Of a DNA stretch of 32,000 nt, positions 1-10,400 are shown in pieces; positions within the stretch are counted from its first letter, which is position 1, and every line of letters begins with the position of its first letter. Source of the stretch: Acaryochloris marina S15 (GTDB taxonomy: Bacteria; Cyanobacteriota; Cyanobacteriia; Thermosynechococcales; Thermosynechococcaceae); assembly GCF_018336915.1 (NCBI RefSeq), contig NZ_CP064923.1, positions 3,390,001 through 3,422,000 of the forward strand. Reading direction: 5' to 3'. Both the position numbers and the translations under genes were made by a program. The notes below the pieces were generated by a model. The model did not search any database, was not told the DNA's origin, and saw only the letters and a list, made by a program, of their open reading frames with translations.

Positions 1-140
1 TCCTTGGTTATCTACAATTTAGGCTCTATAGATGGGACTGAACGTGACAGTTATCACGGGTTTTCATTGTTCTATGTCATGCTGCTGCCGTACATCGAAA
101 AAATTCGGCATTATAAAGAGGCAGTCACCTCTTCGCCCTA

Positions 141-2147
141 ATGACAGCTTTTGACCTCCATGCTCCATTTGTCCCTAAAGGTGATCAACCCCAAGCCATT
201 GAGAAACTGACCGCTCTCCTTCAATCTGGCCATTCTAGGCAAACTTTGCTGGGCGCTACGGGTACGGGTAAGACCTTCACGATGGCTAAGGTGATTGAAG
301 AGATTGGTAAACCCACGCTAATCCTGGCCCATAACAAAACGCTAGCTGCGCAGCTCTGTAACGAAATCCGTTCCTTTTTTCCCAACAATGCAGTTGAGTA
401 TTTCATCAGCTATTACGACTATTACCAGCCTGAAGCCTATATTCCGGTCACAGATACCTTTATTGAAAAGACAGCTGCCATCAATGAAGAAATTGATATG
501 CTGCGGCATTCCGCGACACGATCGCTATTTGAACGTCAGGATGTCATTGTGGTGGCATCAATCAGCTGTATTTACGGTTTGGGTATCCCTGCTGAGTATC
601 TCAAGGCCTCAATCCCCCTCAAAGTTGGAGCTGAAGTTGATCAGCGGCAATTGCTGAGAAGTCTGGCAGCCGTGCAATATACCCGCAATGATGTGGACTT
701 AGGGCGGGGGCGATTTCGAGTCAAAGGAGATGTTCTGGAGATTGGTCCAGCCTATGAAGACCGGATTATTCGGGTGGAGTTTTTTGGGGATGAGATCGAT
801 GCCATTCGCTATGTCGATCCCGTTACTGGAGCAACATTACAGAGTTTGGAAGGACTGAATGTTTATCCTGCCCGCCACTTTGTAACGCCAACAGAACGAT
901 TGGAAATGGCAGTTGAAGCCATTGATGAGGAGAGAAAAGCACAGGTCGAACATTTAGAAACGACCGGGAAACTTTTGGAAGCTCAGCGCCTCAACCAACG
1001 GGCTCGCTACGATCTAGAGATGCTGAGAGAAGTTGGGTATTGCAATGGAGTAGAAAACTATTCTCGTCATCTGGCTGGACGGGAAGCAGGGGCTCCACCT
1101 GAGTGTTTGGTGGATTATTTTCCTCAGGATTGGTTGTTAATCGTAGATGAGTCTCATGTATCGGTCCCCCAAATTCGGGCCATGTATAACGGCGATCAGG
1201 CTCGCAAGAAAGTTCTGATTGATCATGGTTTTCGTCTACCCAGTGCGGCAGACAATCGCCCCCTTAAGTCCGAAGAATTTTGGCAAAAAGTTAACCAGTG
1301 TGTGTTTGTGTCCGCTACTCCAGGGCAGTGGGAAATAGAGTTATCAGAAAATCGGGTAGTGGAGCAAGTTATTCGACCGACGGGGGTAATCGATCCAGAA
1401 ATTTTTGTCCGTCCGACAACTGGCCAAGTGGATGATTTACTAGCTGAGATTCATGAGCGAGTCAGTCGCCAAGAACGGACTTTGATCACCACCTTAACCA
1501 AACGGATGGCAGAGGACCTGACGGAATACTTTGAAGAGCGAGGCGTGCGAGTCCGATATCTGCATTCGGAGATTAATGCCATTCAACGTATCGAAATTCT
1601 TCGGGATTTACGCCAGGGAGTATTTGATGTCTTAGTTGGGGTCAATTTATTGCGAGAGGGGTTGGATTTACCTGAAGTTTCTCTTGTAGCCATCTTAGAT
1701 GCTGATAAAGAAGGGTTCCTGAGAGCTGAGCGTTCTCTGATTCAAACCATTGGTCGAGCCGCTCGCCATGTCCGAGGTCAAGCCATTCTCTATGCTGACA
1801 ATCTGACGAATAGCATGGAAAGGGCTATTTCCGAAACTGAGCGGCGTCGGACCATTCAGCTTGCCTATAATGAAAAGCATGGCATCACTCCACAACCGGT
1901 CAAAAAAGGATCTGATAATGCGATTTTGGCCTTTTTGGAGGTCTCCCGCCGCCTCAATACCCAAGAACTTGAGGATGCCTATGAACAGGCAGATGATCTA
2001 CCCTTGGAGAGTGTGCCAGAGTTGATTACCCAATTGGAGGCAAAGATGAAGGAATCAGCTAAAAATCTGGAGTTCGAAGAAGCTGCAAAGTATCGAGATC
2101 GCATCAAGAACCTGAGATCTAAACTCTTAGGTCAAAAGTCTCCTTGA
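141..2147 (+). CDS. uvrB: Excinuclease ABC subunit B (UvrB)
   Basis: 668-aa ORF. It has N-terminal [11 protein letters not shown], Walker [10 protein letters not shown], a DESH box (IVDESHV), helicase C-terminal motifs, and a C-terminal UVR motif ([15 protein letters not shown]). Confidence 0.97.
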   Translation: MTAFDLHAPFVPKGDQPQAIEKLTALLQSGHSRQTLLGATGTGKTFTMAKVIEEIGKPTLILAHNKTLAAQLCNEIRSFFPNNAVEYFISYYDYYQPEAYIPVTDTFIEKTAAINEEIDMLRHSATRSLFERQDVIVVASISCIYGLGIPAEYLKASIPLKVGAEVDQRQLLRSLAAVQYTRNDVDLGRGRFRVKGDVLEIGPAYEDRIIRVEFFGDEIDAIRYVDPVTGATLQSLEGLNVYPARHFVTPTERLEMAVEAIDEERKAQVEHLETTGKLLEAQRLNQRARYDLEMLREVGYCNGVENYSRHLAGREAGAPPECLVDYFPQDWLLIVDESHVSVPQIRAMYNGDQARKKVLIDHGFRLPSAADNRPLKSEEFWQKVNQCVFVSATPGQWEIELSENRVVEQVIRPTGVIDPEIFVRPTTGQVDDLLAEIHERVSRQERTLITTLTKRMAEDLTEYFEERGVRVRYLHSEINAIQRIEILRDLRQGVFDVLVGVNLLREGLDLPEVSLVAILDADKEGFLRAERSLIQTIGRAARHVRGQAILYADNLTNSMERAISETERRRTIQLAYNEKHGITPQPVKKGSDNAILAFLEVSRRLNTQELEDAYEQADDLPLESVPELITQLEAKMKESAKNLEFEEAAKYRDRIKNLRSKLLGQKSP

Positions 2148-2424
2148 TCCCCTTGCCCTTTCTTTGGGCAATATCATCTTAGGTCTGCTTTAAGTCCATC
2201 CTTTTTTATGAGGTCTCGATCTGCTAGGAACTCTGGCATTTCATGAAATAATACAAGCAGCCACTCTAGCTCAAGATTTTCATTCGATTTCTCCATACAT
2301 CGCTTTTTAGTATCCTTTCTCGTCCTAATACCTGCAAATCTCACCCGAAGTTCTCCTTTATATCTTTTTATCAGTATCGATATTGGCCAAACTTTCAAGC
2401 CGATCATGAACTAAGACGATAACT

Positions 2425-4563
2425 GTGTTATTCGAACAAACAACTGTCGGTGAGTTTTTGCAGCAGACATTAGTCTGTCAAGCTGACACTCCCATTCAAG
2501 AAATATTAGATATACTCCAGCATCAAAGTTCTGCATCTCCAGTTGCTCAGTCTGAGGATGAGTCTGGCGATGGGGTCGATCTATCCCAATTAGTGGTGGT
2601 TAATGCACAGCAGCAACCCACTAGTCTCATTCCCCTAGCGCAATTTATTCATTTATTTATTACTGAGCAAAAGTCCCCTGACGCTGTTTCTCCTCAGCAG
2701 CCGATTGGAGAATGGGGCGATTTACACAATCAACCCTTGCAGCAGGTAGCGGTAACGAACTCTCTCAAGCAATTTTGGCAATATTTACAAACTTTTTCCC
2801 AAGATCTCAGCTTGTCTTGGGCCATTGTTGAGGATGAAACCGGCAAATATTTGGGGTTATTGGATACGCCTAAGTTAATTCAATTCCTGGCCCATCATGC
2901 CCCCTTGAGTGTTGCGATCAAGTTTTCCTCGGATTTAAAAAGTTCACTTTCACCTGCCTTAGAGATATCCGATACACCACCCGCCTCAACAGAGTCATTG
3001 CCCCCTCAAGATTCAATCTCTGCCGCTGCTCCATTGAGTGCCGAACTATTGGCTGAAATTAGCCATGAACTCAAATCTCCCCTCACGGCAATTCTGAGTT
3101 TGTCCAATGTTCTGAGTCATCAGGGCATTCAGAATTTATCTGAGCGGCAGTTGCAATATGTGCAGTTGATTCATCAGAAAAGCCAGCATCTGATGGGTAT
3201 CCTCAATACGTTACTGGACTTAACTCAACTTCCTGTCCAAGTTCAGCCTGAAGCACAAACAGCTGTTGATATTGATTCGCTGTGTGACGATGCGATCGCA
3301 CAAGCGAAACGATACTACCAACTGGAAGAAGGCACAGCGAATCAGGCTTCTCTCATCATTCGTCGGCATCCCCAGGGAGTCCTCGGCTCGATCACAAGTG
3401 ATGAGCTGAAATTACGCCAAATCCTGATACATCTTTTGCACAACGCTTTAGGAGCGACTCAAGGGCAATCCTCCATCGAACTGGGAGTTAAGCAGTGGCA
3501 AGGGTGGACGATCTTTACCATTTCCGACCAGGGTGCTCCAATTCCCCACCTACAGCAGCCCCTTATCTTTCAAATCCCCCAAACTTGGACGATTCCAGAC
3601 CAAGACATTCTCGGTAAAACAGGGCTAGGATTGGTGCTGGCCCATCGATTAGCAGAACAGATGTCAGGGGATATTTCTTTTATCTCTGGACCGACTCAGG
3701 GCAATACCTTCTCCTTGTATGTGCCTCCAGACCCTCTTCAAAGACAGCAGACTAAAACCACCCAAGGTTTAGTTCTTCTGATTGCCACAAATCCCAATCT
3801 AATTGAACAAGTGAGTCAGTATCTGTCTGATCAATCTTTACAAGTTGTCGTGGCCCGTTCAGAGCCAGAAGTCGCTCAGAAAATCGCCTTATTCAAGCCT
3901 CAAGCCGTTATCCTACAAACTCTGCTTACCACTGGCTCAGGGTGGGATATTCTTTCACTCCTTCAACAGCGAGATAGGGATTGTCCCATCTTACTGATAG
4001 GAAGCACCGATGACTGTCTACGTACTACTGATAGTGTAGATGGCTGCCTAACCTTACCCGAACTTCAACCCGGCTTGGCACAATGGTTAGAAACTTGCTT
4101 AAAAGCCAAAATTTCAACCTCTGGTTCTACCCCTAAGCAGAAACACCTCGCCCCCTCTAACTCTCCTAAAGCGCAAAAATTAACCGTTCTCCATCTAGAC
4201 GGCAATCTAGATCAATTCGGCAATACCTTACCCATTGATATTAGTCACTCGCTGTATGAACATCAGTGGAGAGTGATATCGACCACAACTTTAGATGAAG
4301 CTGAGTTATTAGTAGATATTTGGCAGCCCGATATCATTCTCTATACAGATGATGATTCTGCTCCCTTCTTGAACATGGCCGCAGAATCTCCCTTAGTCTC
4401 CTTCCCCTTTGTTATTCTTCACCCTGAAGTCCGGCAGATAGCCCTTGAGCGGGGAGACCTGGAGGTCTTTTCTCATGCAAACATAACCACACTTTCGAAC
4501 TCTGAACTATCAGAAGTATCGTCACTGCTAGAAATACTCAACCACTCCACCGCAGCCGAGTAG
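2425..4563 (+). CDS. Sensor histidine kinase: CBS-pair-like N-terminus, HisKA, HATPase_c, two C-terminal pseudo-receiver domains
   Basis: 712-aa ORF with a GTG start. H-box is AEISHELKSPLTAI (His214), N-box is LIHLLHNALGAT, and the G2 box is GKTGLGLVLAHRLAEQMSGDISF. Two CBS-like segments lie in aa ~8-160. Two receiver-like folds (aa ~448-560 and ~586-700) have Gln498 and Tyr640 where the phospho-acceptor Asp should be. Confidence 0.8.
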   Translation: MLFEQTTVGEFLQQTLVCQADTPIQEILDILQHQSSASPVAQSEDESGDGVDLSQLVVVNAQQQPTSLIPLAQFIHLFITEQKSPDAVSPQQPIGEWGDLHNQPLQQVAVTNSLKQFWQYLQTFSQDLSLSWAIVEDETGKYLGLLDTPKLIQFLAHHAPLSVAIKFSSDLKSSLSPALEISDTPPASTESLPPQDSISAAAPLSAELLAEISHELKSPLTAILSLSNVLSHQGIQNLSERQLQYVQLIHQKSQHLMGILNTLLDLTQLPVQVQPEAQTAVDIDSLCDDAIAQAKRYYQLEEGTANQASLIIRRHPQGVLGSITSDELKLRQILIHLLHNALGATQGQSSIELGVKQWQGWTIFTISDQGAPIPHLQQPLIFQIPQTWTIPDQDILGKTGLGLVLAHRLAEQMSGDISFISGPTQGNTFSLYVPPDPLQRQQTKTTQGLVLLIATNPNLIEQVSQYLSDQSLQVVVARSEPEVAQKIALFKPQAVILQTLLTTGSGWDILSLLQQRDRDCPILLIGSTDDCLRTTDSVDGCLTLPELQPGLAQWLETCLKAKISTSGSTPKQKHLAPSNSPKAQKLTVLHLDGNLDQFGNTLPIDISHSLYEHQWRVISTTTLDEAELLVDIWQPDIILYTDDDSAPFLNMAAESPLVSFPFVILHPEVRQIALERGDLEVFSHANITTLSNSELSEVSSLLEILNHSTAAE

Positions 4564-4594
4564 GAGCCGCAAGTTATTTTGTAATCAAGGGAGA

Positions 4595-6187
4595 TTACTG
4601 GAAGCTTTCTGGGGATTCTGATGGAGGCGGTGTTGAGAAATCAGGCCGAGCAAAGGGGTCGAACGGAGATGGCTCTGGGCTGGGAGCCAGGCTGTCAGGA
4701 TAGGAGTCTATTGGCGCTTGAAGAGTAGGATCCGGGCCTAGGGAATCAGGACTAAGAGGGACGGAGTCCTGAAGGGTGGGATCTGGCCCAATATCACCCT
4801 GATCAAACTGAGGATCAACCGTTGGTTCTTCTAAAGTTGAGGGAATGGGGGACTCAAGAGGTGTTTCAATCGGAGTGGGCAAAGTTTCTAATTCCCTTCT
4901 GGTCGTCCCTGGCTTAGGTAGAAAATCTTCATTTTGAACCGGGGCAGCCTTTGCAGGCACTTGCGGGTTCGCGAACTGATTCTGGTAATGAAACCGTAGC
5001 AACAGGCCAAAGGCAATTCCCACAACACCTGAGAGCACTGAACACACGATTAATGCTCGGAAGGGAAATCTGGGAGGCGCGGAATAAGGTTGGAGACGAG
5101 TGGTTGACACAGTCTGGCTGGGCTCCTGGCTAGGGACTGTTGATTCTGAAAGTGTTGTCGGAAGATCCTCAGTCTCAGGGGCTATAGATAATTGCTCTGA
5201 AGGGTAAGGAATTGCTGGGCCTGAAGGTTCTGAGGCTGGAGGTTCTGAGGCTGGAGGAGGAGAGGTCTCTAGAAGAGAAGAGTCTATTGAGGATACAGGT
5301 TTCGCAGTTAGGGAAGGGGAAGCTGCGCCTATGTTACCCGATTCTGTTGGGAATGATACAGGGGGAGAAGGTGCCTTGGGTAGGAGTTTCATCCACTCTG
5401 AGATAGATTGAGGGCGATGCTGAGGTTGCATCGCCATTCCCCGTAGCAGGGCAACAATCGTTGCCTGGCTTAGGTCTGGGTGATGCATTTCCAAGCGAAT
5501 ATGTTGCCGCTGGGAAGCTGCTATCGGCATTTGCCCCATCACCAAGGTGTATAAGGTTGCGGCTAATCCATAGATATCGGTTGTAACGGTTTGTTGACCT
5601 TGAGCGGATTCAGGTGCTGCATAGGCATGAACCAGAGGAGGAGGCAAACTAGGGTTGCTGGGTTGCCAAACCCAATTCACAAGCATCGGATGATCAGTAT
5701 GGGGAGGGTCAACAACATTTTTCGGTTGAACATCTCCATGCCGAAGCTGCTGCTGATGCGCTTGGTTCAAGCCGTTAGCAATTTGGGTGATTTGGGCAAT
5801 CGCCTCCGCTTCTGATAGGGGCTGATTTTTTCCATTTATGGCCCAGGTCTGTTCTGGTAGCTTGTCCCTGACCAGAAAGGGGAGAACCGAATCTACAAAA
5901 ACGTCTCGGATGGGTTCTAGGGAAGGATGTTTTAAGCGCTGCCAAGCTTGAGCTTCTTGTATGAAAGCATCGCGATGTAGGAGGATTTTTTTAGGGTGTT
6001 GACGGGACGGATTAAGGGTATTGATCAGAACAGGCTGCTGACTAGGTAAATGAGTGCCCTCATAGGTTAGCTGCAAGCCCTGATGCCTGACCAGTTGCTC
6101 TAAACGATACGTTCCTTTTTGTAAAAGTGTTCCGAGGGGAAGCAAAACCATTGTTGGCAGAGGGGGGCGCATGGTAGCTAACGGCAA
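4595..6187 (-). CDS. Membrane-anchored Ser/Thr protein kinase-like protein (predicted pseudokinase) with Pro-rich C-terminal region
   Basis: 530-aa ORF. The kinase fold is recognisable from FIQEAQAWQRLKHPS, LRHGDVQPKN, AYAAPE, TDIYGLAATLYTLVMGQMP and HRPQSISEW. However, the Gly-loop is degenerate (VRHQGLQ), VAIK is replaced by VLIN, and DFG is replaced by NWV. There is one TM helix (ALIVCSVLSGVVGIAFGLLL) followed by a Pro/Ser/Glu-rich tail. Confidence 0.75.
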   Translation of the reverse strand: MPLATMRPPLPTMVLLPLGTLLQKGTYRLEQLVRHQGLQLTYEGTHLPSQQPVLINTLNPSRQHPKKILLHRDAFIQEAQAWQRLKHPSLEPIRDVFVDSVLPFLVRDKLPEQTWAINGKNQPLSEAEAIAQITQIANGLNQAHQQQLRHGDVQPKNVVDPPHTDHPMLVNWVWQPSNPSLPPPLVHAYAAPESAQGQQTVTTDIYGLAATLYTLVMGQMPIAASQRQHIRLEMHHPDLSQATIVALLRGMAMQPQHRPQSISEWMKLLPKAPSPPVSFPTESGNIGAASPSLTAKPVSSIDSSLLETSPPPASEPPASEPSGPAIPYPSEQLSIAPETEDLPTTLSESTVPSQEPSQTVSTTRLQPYSAPPRFPFRALIVCSVLSGVVGIAFGLLLRFHYQNQFANPQVPAKAAPVQNEDFLPKPGTTRRELETLPTPIETPLESPIPSTLEEPTVDPQFDQGDIGPDPTLQDSVPLSPDSLGPDPTLQAPIDSYPDSLAPSPEPSPFDPFARPDFSTPPPSESPESFQ

Positions 6188-6369
6188 GGAGGAGGGTTAG
6201 ATCATGAAGATGCTTGTAAAATTCCTTAGGTTCCTGGCTAATTATTGTTTCCCTGAACCCTAAACCTATTCCGTCAAGTATCTTCAAACTGTAATGTGTC
6301 TCACAATCGGGGCTGAGAGTTAGCCAAAAAAGAGGTTGAGAACCGCTTGTAGAGAGACATTCAGTCTAA

Positions 6370-7278
6370 TTAGATGATGCCTAATTTCTCTAGTATGGGT
6401 CGTGTGGAGACCACATGCTTTTCTAGCCCAAGTTTCTGCGGTTCAATCCCTAAAGCCAAACCGACTAACTGAGGTAAATGCAAAACAGGCAAGCCTAGCT
6501 TGGTATTAATGGATTTTTCAACTTCAGGTTGACGAGAATCTAAATTCAGATGACAGAGGGGACAAGGGGTCACCAAGCAGTCAGCTCCAGCTGCAATTGC
6601 GTCCTGAATTCTACCTCCCGCCATGGCAAAGGACTGGGGGGTGGCATAGCTAGCGAGGGGCCAACCACAACATTGGGTGCGACCCGAGTAGTAGATTGGC
6701 GTAGCATCGAGGGCCAGAAACACATTTTCCATGGAAGAAGGGTGAATTGGATCGTCGAAGGGGAGACTCTGTTGGGCTCTGAGAAGATAGCAACCATAAA
6801 AAGCCGCACACTTTAATCCGCTGAGTTTACGCTTGACTTGAAGGGAAAGGGCTTCTAAGCCATAATCTCCGACCAAAGCCCACAGGAGATGCTTGACTTC
6901 AGTACTGCCTTGATAGGGAGAACAATGTTGTTCGGACAACAAGCTATTGATCTGATCAAAATACTCAGGGTTACTCTCTTTGGCGTCTTTCAATCGCTCA
7001 TCGACATGACCAATCACTCCTTGGCAGGTACTGCAATGGGTGAGGAGGGGTAAATTGAGCTGTTCGGCTAGGGCAATATTGCGGGCATTAACGGTATCTT
7101 CGAGTAATTGCGAATCTTCTTTAAAGGTGCCAGACCCACAACAGGCCGCTTTCTTCAATTCAATGAGTTTAATCCCTAAGGCCTGGGCAATTTCCTGAGT
7201 TGACATGTATAGTTCTCGACAAGCGCCTTGAGCGACACATCCTGGGAAGTATGCATATTGGAGTGTTGGGACCGACAT
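6370..7278 (-). CDS. Heterodisulfide reductase subunit B-like / CCG-domain Cys-rich protein (type-E succinate dehydrogenase SdhE/HdrB-like family)
   Basis: 302-aa ORF with two CCG motifs (KKAACCGSG and GRTQCCGWP) and accompanying Cys clusters (FPGCV, HCSTCQG, FYGC, TPCPLCH). This pattern is typical of HdrB/GlpC-like proteins. Confidence 0.8.
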   Translation of the reverse strand: MSVPTLQYAYFPGCVAQGACRELYMSTQEIAQALGIKLIELKKAACCGSGTFKEDSQLLEDTVNARNIALAEQLNLPLLTHCSTCQGVIGHVDERLKDAKESNPEYFDQINSLLSEQHCSPYQGSTEVKHLLWALVGDYGLEALSLQVKRKLSGLKCAAFYGCYLLRAQQSLPFDDPIHPSSMENVFLALDATPIYYSGRTQCCGWPLASYATPQSFAMAGGRIQDAIAAGADCLVTPCPLCHLNLDSRQPEVEKSINTKLGLPVLHLPQLVGLALGIEPQKLGLEKHVVSTRPILEKLGII

Positions 7279-7312
7279 CTGATGAATTACTCGCTGTTAC
7301 TGAGCCTTTGCT

Positions 7313-7382
7313 AGAGCAACGCTAGCATGTTGGTCTGAGAATTCGGCTTACCTGTGATTGAACATTACAAAACGGTGAAGTC
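7313..7382. repeat. Left copy of the direct repeat flanking the LRR-Roc-COR gene
   Basis: agagcaaCgctagc-N11-agaattcggCttacctgtgattgaacattacaaaacggtgaaGtc matches 10991..11060. The match is 13/14 in the first block, then an 11-nt variable block, then 43/45 in the core. Weaker similarity continues on both sides. Confidence 0.85.
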
Positions 7383-7453
7383 TTTTTGCCTGAAGGCACA
7401 GGTATTTCAATGTTTCAATTGGTCATATTGAAAGTTCGCAGAATTTCCATTAC

Positions 7454-10400
7454 TTACAAGCGTTTATCCTCCCGGAGCTTGTCCAGTTGGCCTCGGAAGT
7501 GTCCCTGCAATCCTTCGATCGATTCATATTCCTTGTAAAAGTGGCTTAAATTACTAAGCTTATCTTTGAAGTCACGCAGAGAAATAAGATCATCAACATT
7601 GACATCACTGGTTGAAACCGTGGTCTTCCGGAAGTAGGTATAGATCAGCGGTTTCTTAGTCTTCTTGAAGGTTTTGTATGCAACGTCAAATTCTTCCTCT
7701 GTGTATTTACCTGTTTTAGTCTTGAACAAGCTGACGAAAATGTCGCAGTGTCGAATTTTTTGGTTATATTCATTCTGGAGTCGGGTTGTCGACATGGCAT
7801 CAAGGAAGTTTTCCCAGCGGATAACTTCTAAGTAGATGCCTTGTTTGCGTAGACGGTCATTCTGCTGGCGAAAATATAGATCGAAAGCGTCGCGATCTTC
7901 GCGAAGCTCAGCTGAGGACGCTAGGAAGATCCGAATCGTCTTTTCCTTCACAGTATCCGCCGACTTAGATTGATTTGATTCTTCAGGTGTTTCTATCTCA
8001 CTATTGTCTTGAGGTAGCTCTTGTTTTGCTCTCGCCAACCATTGTTCTAGATTCATGCCATCCAGAAGTTCTAGCACGCTGACATCATGGTAGTCAGGTG
8101 GATTGGGGCACTCAATGGATGGTTTGCCTCTACTTTTCCGTTCAATTAATTTTTTCTGCTCGAACATTGCTGGTTCTGTTAGGTTCATGCAGGTTTCACA
8201 GATGCAAGGCACCCATTTACTGACTTTGTCTTTGAGTCCTTGGAAGCTGTCGTTTAGTGCATCAAGTTCACTGGCAATAGTGCTGAGCAGCGATTTTTTT
8301 TCTGGACCACGGCTGCGGAGAATAATTTCATTACCTTTTTCGGCTGTCACCACTAGCATCTTTGTTTCACCATGCTCGAATAAGGCACCCTGCAACCAAC
8401 ATAGATTCGGCTGCTTTACAAAACGGTGCACTCGAACGATCAGTCGGCTTACCAGGCCCCGAGGTAGAAACTCGTAGCGGTAGGTCAACATCAGATCGCC
8501 ACTCCTGGCCCAATTGTCTAGCTCTGAAGGCTTTGAAGGTGACAAGTGTTGTGGAACCAGCCATGTCTCTTTGTTCATATCCGGCAGCCGATAACATAGC
8601 TCGAAACGGACCATGAGGGCACGCAACTCTATTTCCTTATCCGCGTAGCCTTTTTTGGACCACAGACGATCGCAATCATCCAGGGTAAAGCGACCTTGCT
8701 GGGATTTGACATTTTCGTCGTCAAGGATACGAAATACTGCATCTGTCATCCACTGGTTCTGTAAAAATATAGTCCGTCGGAGTTCCCGTGGTTCCTGAAA
8801 GTGTAGGAACACTCCCAGGTCATGCAGGTACTGGCTTAGCTTTAGGGCCTTATCGAGATCTGCTTCAAGATGACCTGCATAGACTGTGAAGTAGTTATCC
8901 AGTGAGATATAGGGCTGGGTCTTTGCCAATTCCTTCAATTCATCGCGAATGGCAACCCATTTAGCTGGTACATCTTCACCAATATGTGGCAATTTCTGAA
9001 TGTAGTATTCTACCGCTTGGCGCAGTTTATCCGCCGCACATGGATGTTCCAGATTGCCCCGATGGAACTCCTCTACGTTGGGAAAGCGCCCTCTGATGCC
9101 CACCTCGTCGATCTGTTTACTGCGTCCGCCTTTCTCATTTTGAAAAATTAGTAGGGGACTAGCTGCGCTAAGGGTTTCAACTACCTCCAGCCAGAACTTA
9201 AAACCTTCGTCATAGACTGATTTGTGATCACTGCGGGTGTCATCGACCAATACATACAAGGAACGCTTTGTGAGAAAGAACTGATGGGTCGCATGATAAA
9301 TCTGCTGACCGCCAAAGTCCCAGGCATTAAGTCGAAACTTGCGTCCATTAGACATTGAGAACTCATGACGGTGGATATCGATGCCACGGGTTGTTTCGTC
9401 TTCGTTAGGCAGTCCTAATTCGGGCAGAAACATACGACGCAGAATGCTAGTTTTTCCAGCCCCACCCTCGCCAACAATTAGTAGTTTGGCTTCAAACAGC
9501 CGATCTACCCCCTGCGCTTCAACCTCATGAAAGTAATTGAGTACTGCCTCCGGCCCCTGCTTTACGATTTCCGGCGAGGGATGTGTTAGCGGACAATCTT
9601 CGACATAGATACCTACTCCCCGCCATGTTGCTTGGGACCAATGGATCGGTCGTTTGGCTAAGACCCACGATTTTAAAGGTGATAGATCTACCACGTTTGT
9701 CTCAGCAATGTTCAGTGTCACGAGTGGAAGCTGTGCTAATGGAGCAACCGTCGTTATCTGTTTATTTGAATTTAGATGTAGATCGTTGAGAGCTGTTTGG
9801 TGTTGACCAATGGCAATGACAACTGCATCACCCACATTGTTGTTACTCAGATTGAGTGACGAGAGCTGTTGGAGGTTCTCTGCGATGGCCCGCGCCCCGT
9901 CATCACCCACTTTGTTGTTTCTCAGATTGAGTGACGAGAGCTGTTGAAGGTTCTCTGCGATGGCCCGCGCCCCGTCATCACCCACATTGTTGTTTCTCAG
10001 ATTGAGTGACGAGAGCTGTTGGAGGTTCTCTGCAATGGCCCGCGCCCCGTCATCACCCACTTTGTTGCCACTCAGATCAAGGGACGAGAGCTGTTGGAGG
10101 TTCTCTACGATGGCCCGCGCCCCATCATCGCCCACTTCGTTGAAACTCAGATTGAGTGACGAGAGCTGTTGGAGGTTCTCTGCAATGGCCCGCGCCCCGT
10201 CATCACCCACATTGTTGTTACTCAGATTGAGTGACGAGAGCTGTTGGAGGTTCTCTGCGATGGCCCGCGCCCCATCATCGCCCACTTCGTTGAAACTCAG
10301 ATTGAGTGACGAGAGCTGTTGGAGGTTCTCTGCAATGGCCCGCGCCCCGTCATCACCCACTTCGTTGTCACTCAGATCAAGTGACGAGAGCTGTTGGAGG

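Noticed and set aside
2174-2407. A 77-aa minus-strand ORF in the uvrB / histidine-kinase spacer.
   Set aside because: It has no recognisable family motif and no Shine-Dalgarno sequence. The N-terminus is highly basic and of odd composition, and the start would sit 17 bp from the divergent kinase start. A 278-bp intergenic region is unremarkable. I cannot exclude a small real protein (for example from MEKSNENLE...), but I cannot support one.
7353-7369. Whether the dyad TGTGAT-N5-ATTACA in the repeat core is an NtcA or CRP-family site.
   Set aside because: It fits neither GTA-N8-TAC (the spacing is off by one and the first half-site is GTG) nor TGTGA-N6-TCACA (the second half-site does not match). 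I kept it only as an unassigned dyad.
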